64,000 nucleotides of DNA from an uncultured Candidatus Rokubacteria bacterium (GTDB lineage Bacteria; Methylomirabilota; Methylomirabilia; Rokubacteriales; CSP1-6). The DNA lies in assembly GCA_963762145.1 (NCBI GenBank), contig CAVXJS010000016.1, positions 53,981 to 117,980 on the forward strand, in the 5' to 3' direction. Positions 47,993 through 56,995 of this stretch are shown here, in pieces. Made by a program: the position numbers and the translations under genes. The notes below the pieces were generated by a model. That model did not search any database, was not told the origin of the DNA, and saw only the letters and a list, made by a program, of their open reading frames with translations. Numbering within the stretch: the stretch's first letter is position 1; every line of letters begins with the position of its first letter.

Positions 47993-48679
47993 CTACAGCA
48001 GGTCGCGAAGCGGGACCAGCGCGTAGCCCTGCCGGCGGAGGTCTGCGATGAGCGCCGGCAGGTACTCGACGAGGCGCCGCCCCGCTCCCGGCACGCCGTC
48101 GGCGTCGTGCAGGTCGTAGATGGCGCCGGGGCGGGCTCGGGCGGCGCCGCGGCGCGCCTGCTCGGCGGGAGCCACCGGGCGGCGGCTTTCGGGCTGCACC
48201 GTCCAGAACACGCACGGGGTTTCGAGTCGGCGTAGCGCGCCGAACATGGCGAGGTTGGTCTTGCCCCACGGCGGCCGGAAGAAGCGGGGCGGCGCGCCCG
48301 CGGCCTGCGTGATGGCGGCGTGCCCGTCGCCGATCTCGCGCTCGGTCCGGTCGGGTCCGCAGCGCCAGAGGCTCGCGTGGCTCCAGGTGTGATTGCCCAG
48401 GTCGTGGCCGGCCTCCGCGATGCGACGGGCCACCGCGGGAGCCTGCGCGGCGCGCCGCCCGATCATGAAGAAGGCGGCTCGGACCTCCTCGCGCTCGAGG
48501 ACGTCGAGCACGCGCGGTGTGCACGAAGGATCCGGCCCGTCGTCGAAGGTGAGCGCCACCGCCCGCCGCTCCCGTGATCCGCGCCACACGCTGGCCAGGG
48601 TCAGCAGGTGCGAGCCCCACGTGTAGGCGCCCCAGAAGGCGGGCGCGGCTCCCGCCGCGAGCCAGGCCGCGCGCTTCAC
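47993..48679 (-). CDS. NodB-type polysaccharide deacetylase
   Basis: VALTFDDGP, GNHTWSH, FRPPWG, LHD. Confidence 0.9.
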   Translation of the reverse strand: MKRAAWLAAGAAPAFWGAYTWGSHLLTLASVWRGSRERRAVALTFDDGPDPSCTPRVLDVLEREEVRAAFFMIGRRAAQAPAVARRIAEAGHDLGNHTWSHASLWRCGPDRTEREIGDGHAAITQAAGAPPRFFRPPWGKTNLAMFGALRRLETPCVFWTVQPESRRPVAPAEQARRGAARARPGAIYDLHDADGVPGAGRRLVEYLPALIADLRRQGYALVPLRDLL

Positions 48680-49110
48680 GCCGCCGGCCGCTTGGCCACG
48701 AGCAGGGTGAGGCGGCCGCTCTGCACCACCTCGCCGTGCTGGTTCAGGATGTTGCGCTCCTCCACGACGACACCGCCCTCCTTCATCGAGCGCTTCGCGA
48801 CCGTCTTGGAGACGCTGCGGATCGTGTCGCCCACCCGGGTTGGCTTCAGGAAGCGCCACTCGAAGCCCATGAAGGCGAGCACCACGAGGGGTGGCTGGGG
48901 TACGCGCCAGCCTAGACCGGACGACAGGCAGAGAGGCAGGAGATCGGGGATCGTGCCCGGCGCGCCCGGTCGAGCGCTGCTCAGCGAGGTGAAGAGGGCG
49001 GCGTGCGTCTCGGTGAGCGTCAGGCCGGGCGTCTCGAGAGGCACGCCCGTCTCCACGTCCTCGAAGTAGACCCGGCTGGACGGCTGGCTCGGGGGCAAGG
49101 GCGTGCTCAG
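48676..49110 (-). CDS. MaoC-like hot-dog-fold dehydratase subunit, catalytically degenerate
   Basis: YFEDVETG, TLTETH, WRFLKPTRVGDTI, NQHGEVV; lacks the D-x4-H motif. Confidence 0.8.
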   Translation of the reverse strand: MSTPLPPSQPSSRVYFEDVETGVPLETPGLTLTETHAALFTSLSSARPGAPGTIPDLLPLCLSSGLGWRVPQPPLVVLAFMGFEWRFLKPTRVGDTIRSVSKTVAKRSMKEGGVVVEERNILNQHGEVVQSGRLTLLVAKRPAA

Positions 49111-49559
49111 GACGGCCGGCGGCCCACCAGGTGGTCCGTCTCGCCCTCCTGCACGACCTCGCCGCGCTGGTTGACCACCCGCCGCGCCACCGTGACCACG
49201 CCCCAGCCCGGCTGCTCGCCGTCGAGCTTGGCGGTGACCTGGGCCTCGACGTGGATCGTGTCGCCGATCTTGATCGGCCCCTTGAACTTCCACTTCACCG
49301 CGGCCAGCGGCCCGGTTACCTGGGCGGTGACCACCCGATCGAGCAGGCCCTGCTGGATGGAGAGCCCGAGGAGGCCGTGCGCGATGCGCTCGCCGAACTG
49401 CGAAGCCTTCATGTGCTCGGCGTCGGTGTGCAGCACGTTGTAGTCGCCGCTGAGCCCCGCGAAGATGACCACGTCGGCTTCGGTGACGGTGCGGCCCGGC
49501 GAGATGTACTTCTCGCCGACGGGGATGTCCTCGAAGTAGACGGTCAGATCAGCGCTCAC
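49107..49559 (-). CDS. MaoC family (R)-specific enoyl-CoA hydratase/dehydratase
   Basis: YFED, RTVTEADV, SGDYNVLH, IAHG. Confidence 0.9.
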   Translation of the reverse strand: MSADLTVYFEDIPVGEKYISPGRTVTEADVVIFAGLSGDYNVLHTDAEHMKASQFGERIAHGLLGLSIQQGLLDRVVTAQVTGPLAAVKWKFKGPIKIGDTIHVEAQVTAKLDGEQPGWGVVTVARRVVNQRGEVVQEGETDHLVGRRPS

Positions 49560-49626
49560 CGGCCGTTAGGATAGCACGCCGACTCGCCCCGCCTCTCGTG
49601 ACCGGAACGGGTGGGACCGAGGAACC

Positions 49627-49656
49627 TTGACATCTCCGATTCCGGCTACTTAGAAT
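49627..49656 (+). promoter_or_regulatory. Sigma70-type promoter of mqnE-mqnA-mqnC
   Basis: TTGACA (49627-49632), 18 bp, TAGAAT (49651-49656). Confidence 0.8.
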
Positions 49657-49676
49657 CAGACCGACCGGTCGGTCTG
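49657..49676. promoter_or_regulatory. Perfect 20-bp palindromic operator, TetR-type
   Basis: CAGACCGACCGGTCGGTCTG is its own reverse complement and abuts the -10 box. Confidence 0.8.
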
Positions 49677-49700
49677 GCTAACTCGAGCATGGAGGGATCA

Positions 49701-50804
49701 ATGGCCGTCGCGACGCCCGCTCCACCCCGACTCCGCGATCCCGTGCTGCAGCCGATCTGGGAGAAGGTCCAGGCCGGAGAGCGCCTGTCCCGCGAGGATG
49801 GGCTCGCACTCTTCGCCACCGACGATCTTCACGGCGTGGGCCGCATGGCCGACTTCCTCAAGTCCCGCCTCCACGGCGACCAGGTCTTCTTCGTGCTCAA
49901 CCGATACATCAACCCGACCAACGTATGTGTGCTCTCCTGCAGCTTCTGTGACTTCGCCCGCAAGAAGGGCGAGGAGGGCGCGTTCGAGAATTCCATCGAG
50001 GACGTGCTCAACATGATCAAGCCGGGCACCCGCGAGGCGCACATCGTGGGCGGCCACCACCCGGACTGGCCCTTCGAGTATTTCGAGCGGTTGATCGAGT
50101 CCATCCACCACGCGCGGCCGGAGACCCAGATCAAGGCCTTCACCGCGGCCGAGATCGACTACTTCTGGCGGCGCTGGAAGATCGAGCCGGTGGAGGCCCT
50201 GACCCGCCTCAAGAAGGCGGGGCTCCATTCGATGCCCGGGGGCGGCGCGGAGATCTTCTCCCGCCGGCTGCAGAAGCTGCTCCACTTCACCGGCAAGGCG
50301 GATGCCGATCGCTGGTGCGAGATCCATGGCATCGCCCATTCGCTCGGGATCAAGACCAACGCGACGATGCTGTACGGGCACGTGGAGACCCTGGAGGAGC
50401 GAGTGGACCACCTGATCCGGCTGCGGGAGCAGCAGGACAAGTCGGGCGGCTTCATCACCTTCATCCCGCTCTCCTACCAGACCGGGACCACCAAGCTGGT
50501 GCCGCGGCAGACCCCGCCCACCGACGATCTCCGGACCATCGCCGCCTCCCGGCTCATGCTCGACAACTTCCCGCACATCGAGGCCTACTGGGTGATGATC
50601 GGCGAGGCGACCGCCTCGCTCGCGCTCCACTTCGGCGCGTCCGACGTCAACGGGACGCTCGAGGACGAGAAGATCGCCCACATGGCCCAGGCCGCGAGTC
50701 CGGCAGGCCTCGCCACCGAGCAGATCCTCAGGATGGTCCGGGACGCGGGCAAGATTCCCGTCGAGCGTGACGCGCTCTACAACGTCGTGAAGGTGTGGAG
50801 CTGA
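49701..50804 (+). CDS. mqnE: Aminofutalosine synthase (radical SAM)
   Basis: INPTNVCVLSCSFC, HIVGG, KAFTAAEI, MPGGGAEIF, NATMLYGH, AYW. Confidence 0.92.
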   Translation: MAVATPAPPRLRDPVLQPIWEKVQAGERLSREDGLALFATDDLHGVGRMADFLKSRLHGDQVFFVLNRYINPTNVCVLSCSFCDFARKKGEEGAFENSIEDVLNMIKPGTREAHIVGGHHPDWPFEYFERLIESIHHARPETQIKAFTAAEIDYFWRRWKIEPVEALTRLKKAGLHSMPGGGAEIFSRRLQKLLHFTGKADADRWCEIHGIAHSLGIKTNATMLYGHVETLEERVDHLIRLREQQDKSGGFITFIPLSYQTGTTKLVPRQTPPTDDLRTIAASRLMLDNFPHIEAYWVMIGEATASLALHFGASDVNGTLEDEKIAHMAQAASPAGLATEQILRMVRDAGKIPVERDALYNVVKVWS

Positions 50805-50806
50805 GC

Positions 50807-51553
50807 ATGCTGCGCGTGGGCCGCATCCCCTATCTCAACTGCGAGCCGTTCTTCCACCGGCTGACCGGCGTGGAGCTGGTGGATCTGATCCCGCGCCGGC
50901 TCGGAGAGGCCATGGCGGCGGGCGCGCTCGACGCGGGGCCTCTCTCGCTGATGGACTACCTCCGGATCGAATCCGAGCTGACGCCCCTGCCCTACGGCAT
51001 CGGGTGCCCCACCGGTGCGCGCAGCGTGCTCGTCTTCTCCGAGCAGCCGTTGTCCGGCCTGCGAGGCGCCCGGGTCGGCATCACCGGCGAGACCTCGACC
51101 TCGGTCGAGCTGCTCCGGGTCCTCCTGGCGCTCCGCTACGAGGTCGAGCCCGCCGCGTGGGTCACCGCGGAGGAGCCCTGCGACGCCCAGCTCCTGATCG
51201 GCGATCAAGCGATCCGACGACTCACCGGAGGCCCGCCGGCCCGGCACGTGACCGACCTGGGGCTCGAGTGGCGCGCGTGGACGGGCCTGCCGTTCGTTTT
51301 CGCTCGGTGGGCGGTGGCGTCCCGGCTGCCCATCCGGGAGCGTCGTGCGTTCGAGCACGCGCTCGACGCCGCGCTCGCGCGCGGGATGGCCGCGCTGCCG
51401 GAGATCGCCGCGACCAGGGGCGACCTGGGCTGGACCGCCGCGCAGGTCGAATCGTACCTCCGCAACTTCGCCTTCCGGCTCGGCCCGGACGAGGAGAAGG
51501 GTGCCGCGGAGTTCGTGAGGATGCGCGCGCAGCTCGGGCCTCTGCCGTGCTGA
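50807..51553 (+). CDS. mqnA: Chorismate dehydratase
   Basis: RVGRIPYLN, TSTSVEL, LLIGD, DLGLEW, TGLPFVFARW. Confidence 0.92.
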   Translation: MLRVGRIPYLNCEPFFHRLTGVELVDLIPRRLGEAMAAGALDAGPLSLMDYLRIESELTPLPYGIGCPTGARSVLVFSEQPLSGLRGARVGITGETSTSVELLRVLLALRYEVEPAAWVTAEEPCDAQLLIGDQAIRRLTGGPPARHVTDLGLEWRAWTGLPFVFARWAVASRLPIRERRAFEHALDAALARGMAALPEIAATRGDLGWTAAQVESYLRNFAFRLGPDEEKGAAEFVRMRAQLGPLPC

Positions 51554-52620
51554 GCCGCATCCGGGCCAAGGCGGAAGCGGGGACGCGCCTCGATCGCGCG
51601 GACGGACTCTGGCTCCTCACCGAGGCGGCCCTGCTCGACCTGGGCAGCGTGGCCCAGGAGGCGCGCTTCCGCCGCATCCCGGAGCGGCGGGTCACGTTCG
51701 TCATCGACACGAATCCGAACTACACGAACGTGTGCATCACCGACTGCCAGTTCTGCGCCTTCTACCGGCGACCCGGAGACAAGGAGGCCTACACCCTGAC
51801 CGTCGACCAGGTGCTCGAGAAGGTCGGGTTCGCGGCGCGCGAGGGCGCGACCACCGTGCTGCTGCAGGGCGGCCACAATCCGGCCCTGCCGATGGACTAC
51901 TACCTCGAGCTCGTGCGCGAGACGCGGCGGCGCTTCCCGTCGGTGACCCCGCACTTCTTCAGCGCCTCCGAGATCCGCACGATGTCGGACGTGGCCGGCA
52001 AGCCGGTCCCGGAGGTGCTGGCCCTGCTCAAGCAGGCCGGGCAGACGAGCATTCCGGGCGGCGGCGCCGAGGTGCTCTCCGACCGGGTGCGCAAGCGCAT
52101 CGAGCCCAAGAAGGGCGGGCCGGGCGCGTGGCTCGAGGTACATCGCGAGGCGCACCGCCAGGGCTTCAAGTCCACCGCCACCATGATGTACGGCCACGTC
52201 GAGCAGCCGGAGGACATCCTCGACCATCTCGACGCGATCCGGGAGCTTCAAGATCAGCACGGCGGCTTCACCGCTTTCGTGCCGTGGTCCTTCAAGCCGG
52301 GCAACACCCTGCTCGAGAAGTGGATCAAGCAATACAAGGGCCCGAACGCCTACCTGCGGATGCTGGCGGTCTCACGGCTCTACCTGGACAATTTCCCCCA
52401 CGTGCAGGCCTCGTGGTTCTCCGAGGGGAAGCGGACCGGCCAGGTGGCGCTGTCGTGGGGCGCGGACGATTTCGGCGGAACCCTCTTCGAGGAGAACGTG
52501 CACGCGGCGGCCGACTACGTCAACAAGACGACCGTTGAAGAGATCATGACCCTGATCCGTGATGCGGGCTTCACCCCCGCCCAGCGCACCACCGACTACG
52601 ATATTCTCAAGACCTACTGA
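51547..52620 (+). CDS. mqnC: Cyclic dehypoxanthinyl futalosine synthase (radical SAM)
   Basis: NYTNVCITDCQFCAFYR, LLQGG, PGGGAE, TATMMYGH, QASW, GADDFG, EENV. Confidence 0.93.
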   Translation: MLSRIRAKAEAGTRLDRADGLWLLTEAALLDLGSVAQEARFRRIPERRVTFVIDTNPNYTNVCITDCQFCAFYRRPGDKEAYTLTVDQVLEKVGFAAREGATTVLLQGGHNPALPMDYYLELVRETRRRFPSVTPHFFSASEIRTMSDVAGKPVPEVLALLKQAGQTSIPGGGAEVLSDRVRKRIEPKKGGPGAWLEVHREAHRQGFKSTATMMYGHVEQPEDILDHLDAIRELQDQHGGFTAFVPWSFKPGNTLLEKWIKQYKGPNAYLRMLAVSRLYLDNFPHVQASWFSEGKRTGQVALSWGADDFGGTLFEENVHAAADYVNKTTVEEIMTLIRDAGFTPAQRTTDYDILKTY

Positions 52621-52658
52621 TCAGGGCTCAGGACCTACCGGCCTGGGCTCGGGACCGG

Positions 52659-53483
52659 CTAGATCGGGTCCACCGGCGGCATCGACTTGATCAGGCCCCG
52701 CGCGTGCGCCATCTCGTAGAGGCGAGTCAAGGCGGCCCGGCCGTCGTCGCCGAGCCGCTTGGTGTAGTCGTTGACATACATCAGGACGAACCGGCGGCAG
52801 GTCTCCTTGTCGATCCCGCGCCCGTAGCGCATCGCGTACTCGATCGCCTCGTCCACGTTGGCGTAGGCGTAGTCGATCGCGTCGCGCAGCCCCTGGGAGA
52901 TCGCGCGGTGGGTCGCCTCGCCCAGGTCCCGCCTCATCACGTTGATGCCCAGCGGCAGCGGGAGGCCGGACTCCTTCTGCCACTCCTCTCCCATGTCGAG
53001 CACCTTGTGGAGGCCCATGCTCTGGTGCGTGATCTGGCCCTCGTGGATCAGCAGGCCCAGATCCGCCTGCCCTTCGAGGACGACCTTGGGGATCTTGTCG
53101 AAGGCGACCTCGATGGTCGGCGGGTCGCCCACGTAGAGGCGCAGCAGGAGGGCGGCGGTGGTGTGGCTGCCCGGAATGGCGACCACCTTCTGCTCGAGCT
53201 GGTCGCGGGGGATCGGCTCCTTCGCGACGAGGATCGGCCCGTAGCCCTTCCCCATGGACGCGCCGGGATCCATCATCCGGTACTGCTCGTGCACCAGCGT
53301 GTAGGTCGCGGCGGACACCGCGGTGACCTCGAGCTCGCCGGTGCGGGCGCGCCGGTTCAGCGATTCGATGTCCTCCAGCACGTGCTCGACCTCGATACCC
53401 GGGATCTTCACCTTCCCCGCGTTGAGCGCGTAGAACATGAAGGCGTCGTCGGGATCAGGGCTGTGTCCGATGCGGATCAGCAT
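52659..53483 (-). CDS. mqnD: 1,4-dihydroxy-6-naphthoate synthase
   Basis: GHSPDPDDAFMFY, DIESLN, GKGYGP, LLIHEG, LPLPLG, MYVN; GGAGG SD. Confidence 0.93.
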   Translation of the reverse strand: MLIRIGHSPDPDDAFMFYALNAGKVKIPGIEVEHVLEDIESLNRRARTGELEVTAVSAATYTLVHEQYRMMDPGASMGKGYGPILVAKEPIPRDQLEQKVVAIPGSHTTAALLLRLYVGDPPTIEVAFDKIPKVVLEGQADLGLLIHEGQITHQSMGLHKVLDMGEEWQKESGLPLPLGINVMRRDLGEATHRAISQGLRDAIDYAYANVDEAIEYAMRYGRGIDKETCRRFVLMYVNDYTKRLGDDGRAALTRLYEMAHARGLIKSMPPVDPI

Positions 53484-53502
53484 GCGACCTCCTGCGATAC
53501 GG

Positions 53503-53538
53503 GCTGCGGTATGAGCTGCGGTCTGTGCTGCCGTCTGG
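53503..53538. repeat. Three imperfect 12-bp tandem repeats in the mqnD/TetR intergenic region
   Basis: GCTGCGGTATGA GCTGCGGTCTGT GCTGCCGTCTGG. Confidence 0.6.
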
Positions 53539-53557
53539 GCCTCGCCGTGAGTCGTCA

Positions 53558-54139
53558 ATGACGAAGCCGGCGACGCGCGACAAGATTCTCCAGGCGGCGC
53601 TCGAGGTCTTCGCGGAGAAAGGGTATCACAGGGCCCTGGTGGACGACATCGTGCGGGCGTCCCGCACGTCGAAGGGCGCCGTGTACCACCACTTCCCGAA
53701 CAAGGAAGCGCTCTTCCTGGCCCTGGTCGACGAATTCTCGGCCCGGCTGGCGGAGGCGGTGGCCGCGAGCATCGCGGGCGCGCACGGTGGGCTCTGCAAG
53801 GTCCAGGCCGCCCTCACCGCGGGGCTCGAGACCTTCGCCCGCCACCGAGAGCTCGCCCGGATCCTGCTCCTCGAGTCGGTGAGCCTGGGGCCCGCGTACC
53901 AGAGCAAGCGGCTCGAAGTGCACGGGCGCTTCGCGACGCTGATCCAGGCCTATCTCGACGACGCGGTGGCGGAGGGCTCGATCCCGCCGCAGGACACGCG
54001 GGTGGCCACCCTGGCGTGGCTGGGGGCGGTCAACGAGGTGGTGATCCAGTGGCTCTACAGCGGACGGCCGGACCTGATGACCGAGGCGGTGCCCGCGCTG
54101 ACCCCGCTCCTGCTCCGCAGTATCGGCGCGGCTCAGTAA
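53558..54139 (+). CDS. TetR/AcrR family transcriptional regulator
   Basis: TRDKILQAALEVFAEKGY...SKGAVYHHFPNKEALF HTH. Confidence 0.95.
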   Translation: MTKPATRDKILQAALEVFAEKGYHRALVDDIVRASRTSKGAVYHHFPNKEALFLALVDEFSARLAEAVAASIAGAHGGLCKVQAALTAGLETFARHRELARILLLESVSLGPAYQSKRLEVHGRFATLIQAYLDDAVAEGSIPPQDTRVATLAWLGAVNEVVIQWLYSGRPDLMTEAVPALTPLLLRSIGAAQ

Positions 54140-54702
54140 CCGGCCCGCGCGCGGGCGAACCGGATCCTGAAGTCCCCCGCCTTGATGGCGCGCAGGATCG
54201 AGTCGGCGTCTCGTTCGGCCTCGACCTCGACCCACGCCCGTCCGAAATCCTCGTCGCGATGACCGTCGTCCGTGGCGACCTTGGGGAGTCGGATGGCCTC
54301 CACGTCGTACTCGGGCTGGTACACCCCGGTATCGGTGATCTCGACCGCGTGAATCGGCATCCCGTCGCGCGTGATCGTGCGGATCCGGCGCAGCGTCTGG
54401 TCCACCGTCAGCGCGTAGCGGGCGGGGTGATTCAGGATGTAGAGCGTCTCGCGGTCGCCGGTCACCTTGCCCACGTGCTGGCCCAATGGGCGGTAGTCGA
54501 TCTCGACCCCGGGGAGCACGAGCATCCGGTCGTCGCCGGACGGGATCTGAAACCAGTAGTCCTCGTGGATGCGGTCGTCGTGATCGGTGATGGCGAGAAA
54601 GTCGTATCCCAGCTCGCGGTAGCGGGCGATGACCTCGTCGATCGGCCGGCGGCCGTCCGAGAAGGTGGTATGCGTGTGGAGATTGCCCTTCAGGAGGGGC
54701 AT
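54133..54702 (-). CDS. PHP-domain metallohydrolase
   Basis: KGNLHTHTTFSDG, YDFLAITDHD, NHP, TDDGH. Confidence 0.88.
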   Translation of the reverse strand: MPLLKGNLHTHTTFSDGRRPIDEVIARYRELGYDFLAITDHDDRIHEDYWFQIPSGDDRMLVLPGVEIDYRPLGQHVGKVTGDRETLYILNHPARYALTVDQTLRRIRTITRDGMPIHAVEITDTGVYQPEYDVEAIRLPKVATDDGHRDEDFGRAWVEVEAERDADSILRAIKAGDFRIRFARARAGY

Positions 54703-54735
54703 GTGGCTACCGCACCGCGCTCGGCGCGCGGCCGC

Positions 54736-55164
54736 TCAGCGAGGGTCGGAGACCCGACGGGCCGAGGCGGCCGGGACGGAGTCCCAGACGATGGTGATGC
54801 CGAGGGAAGGCCAGCCACCGCCACTGCGCGCCCACGGCTCCTGCGAGACCAAGCTGCCGACGGGGGTGGAGGGAGAGGTCCACCCCGAGAGGCCGTACTT
54901 CGTGCCCCCCTGGGTCTCCCCGTAGAATGGCTCGATGAAGGCCGGCTGGTGACGGACCCGGATGTCGGGCCCGTAGAAGTCCGCCTCGCGGGGCCGGGAG
55001 GCCTCGCGGGTGGCCGGCGTCGGTTCGACGATACGAAGCTGCGGCGGCTTTTCCGGCGCGCTGGTTTGCATCTCGACCGGCGCCTGGGCGATGGCCGTAC
55101 CCACCATCGGGAGCCCGAGCAGGACAACGAACCCCGCAAGACCTGCACCCAATCGGATCCACAT
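54736..55164 (-). CDS. Hypothetical secreted protein
   Basis: Signal-peptide-like N-terminus (..VGTAIA-QA); ORF fills the gap between neighbours. Confidence 0.6.
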   Translation of the reverse strand: MWIRLGAGLAGFVVLLGLPMVGTAIAQAPVEMQTSAPEKPPQLRIVEPTPATREASRPREADFYGPDIRVRHQPAFIEPFYGETQGGTKYGLSGWTSPSTPVGSLVSQEPWARSGGGWPSLGITIVWDSVPAASARRVSDPR

Positions 55165-55270
55165 GGGCGGATCATCTCAGACGCAGAGCCACGGTGCAAG
55201 CAGCACAGGAAGGCGTGAGCGCAGACGTCTCTTCGTTGCCTCGAATTCCCCGGAGGTTTACGATGATCTC

Positions 55271-56335
55271 GTGGCTTCCCTCAGCTTGAAGACCAGCCTG
55301 CTTCGTATCGCCCGTGCGGTCGGACTGTTTGCCCTCGCACGGCGCCGCGTCAACGGGCGGCTTCTCATTCTCGCCTACCACGGGATCGCCCAGGTCGACG
55401 AGCATCAGTGGCGGCCCAAGCTCTTCATGAGCCGGGAGACGTTTCAACGCCGGCTGGCCTGCCTTCGGCGGTGGCAAGTCCCGGTCCGGCCCGTCGGGGA
55501 AGGCCTGGGGGACCTCCGCCGGGGCGCGAGGGTGCCGTATGGGGTCGCGGTGACCTTCGACGACGGCTACTTCAACTTCATCGATCTGGCGCTCCCCTAC
55601 CTGGAGACCGCCCGCGCCGAGGCCACCGTGTACGTGTGCACGTACTACTCGTTGCATACCGGCTGGCCGGTGTTCGACCTGGCCGTCGACTACATGTTCT
55701 GGAAGCGGCCGGGCGCGGTCGTTCCCGGCGAGGTCATCGGGGAGACCGAGCCGTTGACCGCGGCCACGCCGCACGAGCGGAAGCAGTCGGCCGCCCGCGT
55801 GTACGCGTACGCCGAGAGGGAAAAGATGGGCGGGGCCGAGAAGAACGCACTCGGTCGCACGCTTGCGACGCACCTCAACTACCCCTACGAGGAGCTCGTG
55901 GATCGGAGGACCCTGTCGCTGATGTCGGGTGACGAGCTCCGGAGGATCGTCACCCGTGGGGCCGCGGTGGCGCTGCACACGCACCGCCACGCGATTCTCG
56001 AGTCTCCGGTAGGCCTCCGAGACGAGATCGCGGAGAACCGGTCGGCGCTCATCAAGCTCGGAGTGGCTCCCAGCACGGATTTCTGCTATCCGAGTGGCGA
56101 GTGGGCGGCCGAGATGTGGCCCATCCTCGAGCGAGAGGGCATCCGGTCGGCCACCACCTGCGAGCCGGGTGTCGTGCGCTCCGACACGCCGCGCTATGCC
56201 CTGCCGCGTTTCCTCGATACCGAGGAGACTCCCGACATCGAGTTCGAAGCTTGGGTCTGCGGCTTCATGCCGTGGCTTCACGATCTGACCGGGCGCTCGC
56301 GCGCCAGGCCTAGGGAGCAGGCCGGCTCGGCGTAG
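55271..56335 (+). CDS. Polysaccharide deacetylase family protein
   Basis: ILAYHG, AVTFDDGY, LHTHRH, FCYPSG, LPRF. Confidence 0.9.
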   Translation: MASLSLKTSLLRIARAVGLFALARRRVNGRLLILAYHGIAQVDEHQWRPKLFMSRETFQRRLACLRRWQVPVRPVGEGLGDLRRGARVPYGVAVTFDDGYFNFIDLALPYLETARAEATVYVCTYYSLHTGWPVFDLAVDYMFWKRPGAVVPGEVIGETEPLTAATPHERKQSAARVYAYAEREKMGGAEKNALGRTLATHLNYPYEELVDRRTLSLMSGDELRRIVTRGAAVALHTHRHAILESPVGLRDEIAENRSALIKLGVAPSTDFCYPSGEWAAEMWPILEREGIRSATTCEPGVVRSDTPRYALPRFLDTEETPDIEFEAWVCGFMPWLHDLTGRSRARPREQAGSA

Positions 56336-56995
56336 TCGGAGGGACGGACTGGGGGACACTCGGGATCCGGGGCGAGGCCTCGACGGTACCGGGAAGCCGG
56401 AGCAGCAATCGCAACGCCTCGCCCGGATGCCTGATCGCGTAGCCCCAGTACGGGAACACCACCGCGACGAGCTTCTTCCAGCTGAAGGGGTATCCGGCCT
56501 GTTCGAGCGCGCTCCGATGGTAAGCGAGCACCTCGCGACTTCCCGGCGAGACGAGACTCTTGGCCAGGAAGCGATAGTAGTGCGCCAGCGCCTCCTGGAG
56601 TCGAGTCTCGTACTCCCGCGCCTCCATGCACCCGGCCCCGAACTTGACGAAGTGACGGAAGCGACCGGCCAGGTAGGTCTTCAGGCGAGCCGCATAGCCC
56701 GACTGCTCCCCGGATGAGTGCGCGTGAAGGTCAGGACCTGATGGACGAAGCCGAAGTCGGCCTCGCGAAGAATCTCGTAGCAGGCCGCGACGTCGGCGTG
56801 GAAGTCCGACTCGTCGAAGAAGGCGGGCCGCCGACGCACGTACGACGCTCGATACAGCAAGGCGGAGGCGGAACCGAACACACGGGGACCTCCGAGCAGC
56901 ATCGAGCGCGAGAGTTCCCTGCCCGGTATCACCGTGCTCGGGTACGGCAGTCCGTCGAGGTCGACGCGCACGCCATCCAGCCGGTAGGCCCCGAC
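56278..56995 (-). pseudogene. GT2 glycosyltransferase, C-terminal fragment only (N-terminus missing at the junction)
   Basis: VGAYRLDG..DGLPYP..FGSASALLYR..HADVAACY..DFGFVHQVL..; no N-terminal P-x-Y-N or DxD region and no start/RBS. Confidence 0.7.

Noticed and set aside
49701-52620. Two radical SAM genes as CofG/CofH (F420 synthesis) or a RiPP maturation system
   Set aside because: Motifs and interleaving with mqnA and mqnD identify them as MqnE and MqnC; no precursor peptide seen.
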